Shown here one piece after another: positions 18,062 through 26,945 of a DNA stretch of 29,718 nucleotides. The first letter of the stretch is position 1. Every line of letters begins with the position of its first letter. The DNA comes from Candidatus Dadabacteria bacterium. GTDB lineage: Bacteria > Desulfobacterota_D > UBA1144 > Nemesobacterales > Nemesobacteraceae. The notes under the pieces are model-generated. The model was not told the DNA's origin, did no database searches, and saw only the letters and a program-made list of their open reading frames with translations. Location of the stretch: positions 1 to 29,718 of the forward strand of contig JAPOSJ010000126.1 of assembly GCA_026709745.1 (NCBI GenBank), given 5' to 3'. A program made the translations under genes and the position numbers.

Positions 18062-18118
18062 CTATTACAAAAAAAGGAGGATGAAGGATGAGTATTGATT
18101 ATTATTTTCAATCAACAC
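18028..18118 (-). ncRNA. Candidate ~90-nt trans-acting sRNA with a CU-rich anti-SD seed
   Basis: It sits between its own promoter and terminator, downstream of the separate groL terminator. Predicted elements are a 5' hairpin, single-stranded UCAUCCUUCAUCCUCC, a U7 run and a terminator. There is no minus-strand ORF. Confidence 0.55.
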
Positions 18119-18151
18119 TTTAAAATATAAGTAATTTACTTAAACTGTCAA
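18094..18151 (-). promoter_or_regulatory. Sigma70 promoter plus Fur-like box
   Basis: TTGACA (18151-18146), 16 nt, TATATT (18129-18124). The palindrome ATTGAAAAT-A-ATAATCAAT (18112-18094) matches the TGATAAT-N-ATTATCA Fur core at 12 of 14 positions. Confidence 0.6.
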
Positions 18152-18172
18152 GGAGAAATTAATGCATCGCGC

Positions 18173-18212
18173 AAAAAAAAGCGGGCAGGGAGCCGAAGCA
18201 CCATGCCCGCTT
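18173..18212 (-). terminator. Intrinsic terminator of groES-groL
   Basis: On the minus strand: GCGGGCATGGTGC-TTCG-GCTCCCTGCCCGC followed by T8. Confidence 0.9.
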
Positions 18213-18239
18213 GTGTTACTTCTGCCTAAGGCAGGGATA

Positions 18240-20193
<1,954 letters not shown>

Positions 20194-20229
20194 CTCTAAA
20201 TACCTCCTTTTTAACTTTTTAAAGCCTCT

Positions 20230-20288
20230 CTAGCACTTCTGTCTGGTAAGTGCCAACTATAAAGTAAGCACGTTTCTTTGGGTGTCAA
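20230..20288 (-). promoter_or_regulatory. groESL sigma70 promoter followed by a CIRCE (HrcA operator)
   Basis: TTGACA (20288-20283), 16 nt, TACTTT (20266-20261). TTGGCACTT-N9-AAGTGCTAG (20256-20230) compares with the CIRCE consensus TTAGCACTC-N9-GAGTGCTAA. Confidence 0.85.
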
Positions 20289-20456
20289 GGGGTGAAGAAT
20301 AAAAAAAGATGCGCAAAGTCAGCCCTCGGAAAATTTAAGGCCGGACGTCGCATGCAGGAGGTCAGCTGCGACCTCTTTACTGCCGGGACAGACAGCAGAT
20401 GAAGCGGCCAACAAATGCCGCTCCGTGGATCTAAAAGCACAGAGAGCCACGCAAGC

Positions 20457-21689
20457 TCAGTTCCACATAGCTCCAAGGGGAAGTAGCCAGAGTCCTTCGC
20501 CAAACGATCCTGCGGTTTTTCCGCAATAGAGCACAATTCCGACAAAAGGATTTTTCCCGGTGGCTCTATCTCTGAACCACTTCATATGTTTAAAGTCGCT
20601 TCTACGGACAGTGGTTGAGGCTTTTACCTCAATGCCCAGAATCGCGCCGTCATCACGGGTTATGATGAAATCAATCTCGCGCTTTTCGCGGTCACGGTAA
20701 TGGTGAAGTTCATATTTTCCATTTCCCGCATCCACAAAAGAGGCAAGCTCGTTGAAAACAAAATTTTCAAGAAGCTTCCCGCTTCGGTCTACATCCCGCC
20801 TTATAAGGTCGACGCTTAAACGCAACATTGAGAAGATCAGCCCACTGTCAGCCATGAAAATCTTCCTCCGTTTCCCGACGCGCCCATAATCTGTATCACT
20901 CCAAGGCGACACGCGTTCCACAAGAAACATGGTCTCAAGAATATTTATGTAGGACTCAAGAGTCGTGCGCTGAATGGACATTCCGCCGCCTATGGCAGAG
21001 AGGTCAATAAATCTTGACGACCACGCAGCGAGGAATCTTACAAGCTGGCGCATAGCGTCATGGTTTTTTATTCTGGCTATTTCAGCAAGATCCCTTTCAA
21101 GCAGAGCTTTCACATAATCTGTGTGCCATCGCCTGCGGGCACGCTCTCCAAGCCCCATAGCTTCCGGGTAGCCGCCTCTGGCTGCAGCCTCGATTAACTC
21201 ACCGCGATCGTAATTATGCCAATTATATTTAAAATCCTGATCAAATGCCCTCTCAAGAAACCCGGGTTTTGTGTTACGTATTTCTCCCTCGGTAAGAGTT
21301 CTCAGCCTTATTTTCGCGATTCGGCCAGCAAGAGATTCCGTTACGCCCGGAAGTTTCCGGACATTGGAGGGTCCTGTTAGAAGAAACTGACCCGGCTGTG
21401 TGTTCTCATCTACCGTCATTTTTACAACGGACAGCAGATCCGGGGCTTTCTGGACTTCATCAATTATAAGCATTCCTTTTTCATGAGTGATGAATTCAAG
21501 AGGATCAATCTCGGCAATTTCTCTTGATATTCCGTCATCCAGAGTGTGGTACTCGGTATTTTCCATATCAAGGTGTCTGACCAGGGTTGTCTTACCGCAT
21601 TGGTGCGGTCCCACAAGAAGCAGAACCCTGCGTTCCGTCATCGCGGTTTGAATAGATTTTTTCTGCCACCTCGGAACTATTTCAGCCAT
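20457..21689 (-). CDS. Second AAA_14 + DUF4143 ATPase
   Basis: Motifs VGPHQCGKTT (His where the family usually has Arg), IDEVQKAP, LTGPS, RGGYP, KIFMADSG and YRDREKREIDF...GIEVKAS. Confidence 0.9.
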   Translation of the reverse strand: MAEIVPRWQKKSIQTAMTERRVLLLVGPHQCGKTTLVRHLDMENTEYHTLDDGISREIAEIDPLEFITHEKGMLIIDEVQKAPDLLSVVKMTVDENTQPGQFLLTGPSNVRKLPGVTESLAGRIAKIRLRTLTEGEIRNTKPGFLERAFDQDFKYNWHNYDRGELIEAAARGGYPEAMGLGERARRRWHTDYVKALLERDLAEIARIKNHDAMRQLVRFLAAWSSRFIDLSAIGGGMSIQRTTLESYINILETMFLVERVSPWSDTDYGRVGKRRKIFMADSGLIFSMLRLSVDLIRRDVDRSGKLLENFVFNELASFVDAGNGKYELHHYRDREKREIDFIITRDDGAILGIEVKASTTVRRSDFKHMKWFRDRATGKNPFVGIVLYCGKTAGSFGEGLWLLPLGAMWN

Positions 21690-21720
21690 TTCCGTTTTCC
21701 ATTCGCCCTGCCATTATGAT

Positions 21721-21812
21721 CCACGCAATCTTTATAATATAAGTCCCGCAATTTTACTAATAAAAAGTTCGCAGTTCTTATAGTAAAGATCCCGCAAATT
21801 TACCAGTAAATG
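21721..21812. repeat. Four degenerate tandem 23-bp repeats
   Basis: ccacgcaatctttataatataag / tcccgcaattttactaataaaaa / gttcgcagttcttatagtaaaga / tcccgcaaatttaccagtaaatg. CGCA recurs at 21724, 21747, 21770 and 21793. Confidence 0.8.
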
Positions 21813-21923
21813 TTTTAACGTGAACCGGACCGAAAAACTACACTCAAGCAGTCAGTTCAGATAATAATGATAGCTTTTGATTGTCAAAATCCCTCACGGT
21901 AAGCTTATCTTTAAGGTGATGTT

Positions 21924-22175
21924 ATGGCAGACAGAAACAAGAAACTTGCCGAAATCAGAGAAAATTTTGAAGCTTTTGAAACATTTCTGCCGTCCATTAA
22001 ACAGAAATATATTGGGGAATTTGCCGTTCTTCGGGAAAAACAAATTGTTGATTATTTTGACTCTATGGAAGATGCAGTAAAGTATGCGGATACAAAGTAT
22101 GAAAATGGTGTGTACTCTATCCAGCAAGTCGATAATCGAATAGTTGATTTAGGATATTTTTTCCCATGTCGTTGA
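21924..22175 (+). CDS. Small hypothetical protein (DUF5678-like)
   Basis: NFEAFETFLP...GEFAVLREKQIVDYFDSMEDA...YSIQQV...VDLG resembles DUF5678-type proteins (from recall). SD AAGGTG lies upstream. Confidence 0.6.
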   Translation: MADRNKKLAEIRENFEAFETFLPSIKQKYIGEFAVLREKQIVDYFDSMEDAVKYADTKYENGVYSIQQVDNRIVDLGYFFPCR

Positions 22176-22260
22176 TCTCACAAAGACTTGATGAATTTTC
22201 CAGAGGTATGAATTTCCCCAAAAAGACTGAAGGCGGGCGGGGGTGAAGTCCATAAAAACC

Positions 22261-22683
22261 ATGAGTATTGATACGAAATTTCTCAGACGCTGCCTAAACA
22301 CTCTTGAGTACTGCTTCAAAGAACTTGAGCTCAGAGACCCAGATGAAATTGCCTATGATGTCTACCGCGCGGCCTGCGTAAAAGAGTTCGAAATTATTCT
22401 TGAGCAAAGCGGTAAACTGCTGAGAAAAGTTCTGGGCGCCTATTTCGCCGACAACCGTCAGGCGGACCGGCTGGTCTTCAAGGATATTTTCCGCTATGCA
22501 TCCAAGCACGGTCTCATTGACTCGGACACCTGCGAGCGCTGGCTTTTGTACCAGGACAACCGTAATGACACCTCACATAGCTACGGAAAAAGCTTCGCCG
22601 AGAGCACTATCAGGTTGCTTCCGGATTTTATTACCGACGCCAAAGTGCTGGCAGACATAATGGAAGGGGGAGACGATGGCTGA
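22261..22683 (+). CDS. HEPN RNase toxin (HI0074-family nucleotidyltransferase substrate-binding protein)
   Basis: Likely start MSIDTKFLRRC. Motifs are VKEFEIILEQSGKLLRK and the R-X4-H motif RNDTSH. It overlaps the next gene. Confidence 0.85.
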   Translation: MSIDTKFLRRCLNTLEYCFKELELRDPDEIAYDVYRAACVKEFEIILEQSGKLLRKVLGAYFADNRQADRLVFKDIFRYASKHGLIDSDTCERWLLYQDNRNDTSHSYGKSFAESTIRLLPDFITDAKVLADIMEGGDDG

Positions 22684-23017
22684 AAGACTGAGCTTATCAT
22701 CAAGACATCGCAAGATGATTGAAGCGTTGCTGCGCCGTCATCTGCCCGAAGTCGAGGTCTGGGTTTACGGCAGCCGTATCAATGGCCGAAGTCATGGGGG
22801 AAGCGATCTGGACCTCGCACTGCGCGCGCCCAGGCTACGGCGGATTGACGCCGACAGGCTGAAGGCACTTTCAGATGCGTTTCGTGAGTCAAATATTCCA
22901 TTCCTAGTGGAAGCCCGAGACTGGGCATGTCTGCCAGAGAATTTTCACAGGGAAATAGAAAAAAACCATGTAGTGCTTGTATACGGCGAGCAGAGTACGG
23001 AAAAACCAAGGTTCTGA
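22676..23017 (+). CDS. Minimal nucleotidyltransferase (MNT) antitoxin
   Basis: VWVYGSRINGRSHGGSDLDL is a GS-X10-DxD motif, and IPFLVEARDW follows. It is coupled to the HEPN gene. Confidence 0.88.
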   Translation: MAERLSLSSRHRKMIEALLRRHLPEVEVWVYGSRINGRSHGGSDLDLALRAPRLRRIDADRLKALSDAFRESNIPFLVEARDWACLPENFHREIEKNHVVLVYGEQSTEKPRF

Positions 23018-23083
23018 GAACCCAGAGAAATACCGAACAGTTGAAGCAGTGATTACCCTCGTCCTAAGAACTTATGTCTCTTT

Positions 23084-23530
23084 TTATTCAGCGACACCTG
23101 GGTGTAAGCAAGAGACACTTTCCACAATCATCTGTGCTATTAGGTCTGATTTCTCAGGATTTTCAGATGGAAGACCAACAATTTCACTATGGGAAGGGTC
23201 AGCAAGAAAATGCCCTTCAGCATCAAGTGGAGTATGAATAATACGTAAGTCGCGCAATTCTTTAGAAACCAATCTTTTAATTTCTCCTACATTCAATTCG
23301 GCAAACCTTCCGTTCTTTCGCAGTTTAAGCCGAGACACTCTGCGTATTTCTGCTAATTGCTCTTCCTTCGAAAAATTATTGTAATATTCAAGCCAATTAA
23401 CTGAAACTCCTCTCTCGTCCTCTCTGCCCTCACGCAATTTAAACTCAGAAATACTCACCCGGCCAAGCTCAAGGTTGCTCGGTTTCACATATCGGACGAT
23501 ATGATCACTTTCTGGGAGATCGTTGTTCAT
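23084..23530 (-). CDS. Hypothetical protein, putative R-S-E-type ADP-ribosyltransferase toxin
   Basis: HIVRYV (R13), F30, GVSVNW (S43) and DPSHSEI (H114/E116) fall in the order expected for an ART fold. ATGA overlap with the upstream gene at 23527-23530. Confidence 0.6.
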   Translation of the reverse strand: MNNDLPESDHIVRYVKPSNLELGRVSISEFKLREGREDERGVSVNWLEYYNNFSKEEQLAEIRRVSRLKLRKNGRFAELNVGEIKRLVSKELRDLRIIHTPLDAEGHFLADPSHSEIVGLPSENPEKSDLIAQMIVESVSCLHPGVAE

Positions 23531-24258
23531 GCAGAAAGAAGATTTTCCAGTTTGAACGCTCGGACTTGGTCGTCTACACCTTTTAACGTGTCTGTTCCTG
23601 CAACGCGCGAGACAGGCATACTTTCCTCGCGACGCTTGAAAATAACATATCGGGCCAAGCTGTTTCCCAAGAACTGAATTCCAACAAGGTTACCTTCTTC
23701 GTCATCCCAGACAACACGAAGATCTCCATTGTCCATCAGAAACAGGCTCCCCCTCTTAATAAATGGTACCAATCTGATAAACATCCAGAAGTCGTGCTTG
23801 GAGTTTTCATTAAAATCCACACTTTCTATGATTGCTTCTTCTCGAAGAAATTCAATCCGGGAAGCATAGGAATAAATAGCTTCCAAGGTTGCTTTAGCTC
23901 TTGCATTTTTTTCCCAAAAAATCAAACTCCCAAAATCAACTGGAGGCACCATAAGGTTCGTGCTGGGCTCCAAACTAAACCCATATACTCCAAGGGGGTC
24001 ATACCATTCCGCTGTCGGAGATACGCTGTAGTGAGTATCTATTTCTTTAGTTATTTCTCTCGACGGATTGAGAGCATTTATATATCGACCAGCTAGGGAA
24101 TGCATATTTGAACTGGCAAACTTCAAATGGGGAATTCCGATTGACCTTTCCTTTTCTCTATCATGTCCAAAAAAAGACAAAAAATCCATCTCATTTAAGG
24201 TTTCCCCTAGATAACCGGGATCAAACCTTATCATGTCTGTTTGCATGGATAAACTCAT
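23527..24258 (-). CDS. Hypothetical 243-aa protein, putative antitoxin
   Basis: The start is reassigned to ATG 24258 (ATGA overlap with the upstream stop). The C-terminal half is alpha-then-beta (LMDNGDLRVVWDDEEGNLVGIQFLG...YVIF). The N-terminal half has no motif I recognise. Confidence 0.7.
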   Translation of the reverse strand: MSLSMQTDMIRFDPGYLGETLNEMDFLSFFGHDREKERSIGIPHLKFASSNMHSLAGRYINALNPSREITKEIDTHYSVSPTAEWYDPLGVYGFSLEPSTNLMVPPVDFGSLIFWEKNARAKATLEAIYSYASRIEFLREEAIIESVDFNENSKHDFWMFIRLVPFIKRGSLFLMDNGDLRVVWDDEEGNLVGIQFLGNSLARYVIFKRREESMPVSRVAGTDTLKGVDDQVRAFKLENLLSA

Positions 24259-25049
24259 TTGGCTTCCTCCACTGGTTTCCAGTACTGACGCTGGATTTCG
24301 GGGTTTGTAATCTCTATAAAACATTTATTGATCAACTCATGCGCATCATCAAACCATGGATCGGTTTTCAGTTTGTCTGCTTTTCCAAGGCGGCCATTCG
24401 CCTGAATCTCCACGATCAAAATGGGCTCAGGTCCACCTGACTCCGAGGGTGTAACAATAGTTCTTACTCTGACAATAAGTTGCAGGTTGGGTAACACCTT
24501 AAATATATAGCTACAATTAAAAGCGGAGGCGGAGGATGACATAATTCGTGAGACCGGCAAGAAAAACGATGGAATAACGTGCTGAGTGTCTTCAGGGCCA
24601 GACCAGTACTCACAGCATTTTATCACGTTGATATAGGTGAGTTGGCAAAGATCTATAGTCAGGTCAGAAGTATCTGTATGGTTATGAATAAATTCAGAAA
24701 AGACTGAGAAGTATTTGTCAAAAACAGGTTTTAAACCTGCGCTAAAGCGAGGGTAGTTGGTTTCACGTCTGCGCCAATTAAGCATGAAGGCATTTTTTTG
24801 AACTTGTAGCAGATTAGTTTTTTCCTTTGAAATAAACCAGTAGCGAGGCATAGGGGAAATCTCATTTTGTACATCTACAATCTGCTCAGCACCACCTATA
24901 GGAATTTGCTGTGATGACTCGGGGAAATCTTGATTTATCCGAGACCAGAAAATGCCTATATGTTCATTTCTGAGATTAGAAATCGGTGGATTAAAGTATG
25001 TCGTTATAATAAGTTCGTTTATTGGGGGATTCTGGAATTTTATTGTCAT
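24255..25049 (-). CDS. TIGR04255-family protein (possible SecB-like chaperone)
   Basis: Motifs FQNPPINE, RYWF, LLQVQ...NWRR...YPRF, LTYIN and WFDDAH...F are characteristic of TIGR04255 as I recall it. SD AAGGTGG lies upstream. Confidence 0.8.
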   Translation of the reverse strand: MTIKFQNPPINELIITTYFNPPISNLRNEHIGIFWSRINQDFPESSQQIPIGGAEQIVDVQNEISPMPRYWFISKEKTNLLQVQKNAFMLNWRRRETNYPRFSAGLKPVFDKYFSVFSEFIHNHTDTSDLTIDLCQLTYINVIKCCEYWSGPEDTQHVIPSFFLPVSRIMSSSASAFNCSYIFKVLPNLQLIVRVRTIVTPSESGGPEPILIVEIQANGRLGKADKLKTDPWFDDAHELINKCFIEITNPEIQRQYWKPVEEAK

Positions 25050-25750
25050 TGACTAACCACCTTGTCTTAGGAGAATTCTGTTCATCTGTCGCTTTCCGGC
25101 TGTAAAGCGGGGATTCTCTCCACAGTTGCTGCCTCGTTTGATATTTCTGGGCATGACAACGTCATTTAGATGATTAATTTCATATACCTGCAGTGCCTTG
25201 ACTTCCAGTGCGAAACTTGATTAAGGCTGGTTTGCTTTTTCCGTGCTCGCTCTTGGATCAAACCTCTAACTCGTATTCAATGTTGAGTTTTAAATCTTCA
25301 AAACTACAACCGGTTAAAGGTGTGTCTAAAATCCAAAGATCCAGTCTTCTGTGCCTGCTTTCTCTAATCCCGAACCACATATTTAATCTGCGGAAATCAT
25401 TCTGCTTCTATTTTATCCTTTTTATATGACGCTTTCTAACCCACTTAGTAAAGATAGGGAATATGTTAGCGGACCCATTTCATAAAACAGGAGGTCTGTC
25501 CTAGCTTGCTGTTGACTAAGCTTTTTCTTTAATTCTTTATTCTACACTACTTGAAATTTGAAGTACACTATTAACTCAGAAAGTTTGTGAAGATCTGGTC
25601 TAGAGCTATAAATATTAGACAGATACTAATTTACATAGAAACCAAAAAATTACTTGGTAATGTGAATGATTACTCTCGACAGTACAAGCTGAACATGATC
25701 CTGGGGGAATGTGCATAACCGTCCAACTTTCAAGAAGCGAGGTAAGTAAT

Positions 25751-26863
25751 ATGAGACTGTTTTTACTGATTTCTTTGTGTATAGCGGTTACCCAAGCTCC
25801 TTACGCTCAAGCCTACTGGGGATCTCCGAAACAAGAGAAAAGCAAGACGACAGAGTATCTGCGCTATGCAGGAGACTCAGTACAAAAGGGCTATCAGGCT
25901 ACCAGAAAAACTGCCACCTATGGCCACGAAGCGGCCAAAAACTTGTTGGGTTATGTCTATGCTGCCAGAGATTACACACTCTACTCGAAAGAGGAGTATC
26001 TTGCCTCCGTGGTTTCCCTGCCGGTAATGTTGCCTGTTCTGTCGCAAGCAAAGTGGCTTGAACTGTTGGGAAGAATCACTGCTTCGGCCGCTACAGATTT
26101 TGATAAAGCTATGGACAGCCTGTATCTCAAAACTCACATTGGAGGCGGCAACCACAGAATGTTTGATGGCGGACATACTTTAGGCGGGGCTTGGAAAAAC
26201 ATCGACAAAATGTGTGAAGTCGCCAAGTGCTCACCCGGTGGGCAGGTAAGCGGGTATTTAAATGCGCTATGGAAAGATATGACTACGCCGAAAGGATTGC
26301 CATTTGTAACGCTTGAGAAACAAACATATGATTCTGCGGCAAATTGGATGAGCAGGACAATCCCCGGGGTTGATAAGCAATGGGTGTACGACGCTTTCTC
26401 TTACGATGTATTTGAAATCCTTTCCGCCGGAATATCCGCCGCCGCGGTTATCTATTACCTAGACAAGGATCAGGTAGAAGAGTTGTCCGAGCTTCTGGGA
26501 TCAATGGGGATAGTAAGCATTGTTTCCGCCAATCCGATTCTTGCCATGGTGCTAATTTCCGCTGTTGCTTACGCATTGGCTACCGAAGTTGAAATAAAAG
26601 GCAAAGAGGTAACCGAAGGAGCAGTGAAAAGCTCGATTATCTCCGGCGTTTTTGTCCTGCTGCCCTCAGTGTTTCTGGTTGAGCTTGCGGTGGTTGTAGG
26701 TGTCGCAATCCTGCTTAACAGGGCAATGACGGATGAGAATTACGCTTTTGTCTATGATTACATCCAGAAACAGTCCGCGGGTTTTGTGAGCTGGATTCCT
26801 GAATGTAAGGTTTTGGGCTGTTATGTGCCTGATATTAACACCCGGATTCTACGAAGACAATAG
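25751..26863 (+). CDS. Hypothetical exported/membrane protein
   Basis: ATG 25751 follows GAGGT. Signal peptide MRLFLLISLCIAVTQAPYAQA, the motif DKAMD...HIGGGNHRMFDGGH, and several hydrophobic C-terminal helices. Confidence 0.75.
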   Translation: MRLFLLISLCIAVTQAPYAQAYWGSPKQEKSKTTEYLRYAGDSVQKGYQATRKTATYGHEAAKNLLGYVYAARDYTLYSKEEYLASVVSLPVMLPVLSQAKWLELLGRITASAATDFDKAMDSLYLKTHIGGGNHRMFDGGHTLGGAWKNIDKMCEVAKCSPGGQVSGYLNALWKDMTTPKGLPFVTLEKQTYDSAANWMSRTIPGVDKQWVYDAFSYDVFEILSAGISAAAVIYYLDKDQVEELSELLGSMGIVSIVSANPILAMVLISAVAYALATEVEIKGKEVTEGAVKSSIISGVFVLLPSVFLVELAVVVGVAILLNRAMTDENYAFVYDYIQKQSAGFVSWIPECKVLGCYVPDINTRILRRQ

Positions 26864-26945
26864 CATATGTCTTCGCATCCAAGACTTAGATCCAAATACA
26901 AATCAATGCGAAGAGTTGGGTATATCACCCGTGTCCCCAAAAGAC

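Noticed and set aside
20358-20375. Hairpin GAGGTC-AGCTGC-GACCTC between the ATPase and the groES promoter
   Set aside because: The 6-bp stem has no convincing U-tract on either strand.
21721-21812. Interpreting the 23-bp repeats as a CRISPR array
   Set aside because: The units are contiguous and degenerate with no unique spacers, and there are no cas genes.
25050-25700. AT-rich stretch with protein-like minus-strand fragments (e.g. KELKKKLSQQQARTDLLFYEMGP; LDLWILDTPLTGCSFEDLKLNIEYELEV)
   Set aside because: Probably a decayed gene, but it is interrupted by many stops and I cannot assign a family, so it is not reported as a feature.
26870-26914. Inverted repeat TCTTCGCAT / ATGCGAAGA between the convergent hypothetical gene and mutS
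   Set aside because: It has a 27-nt loop and no U-tract, which is too weak to call a terminator.
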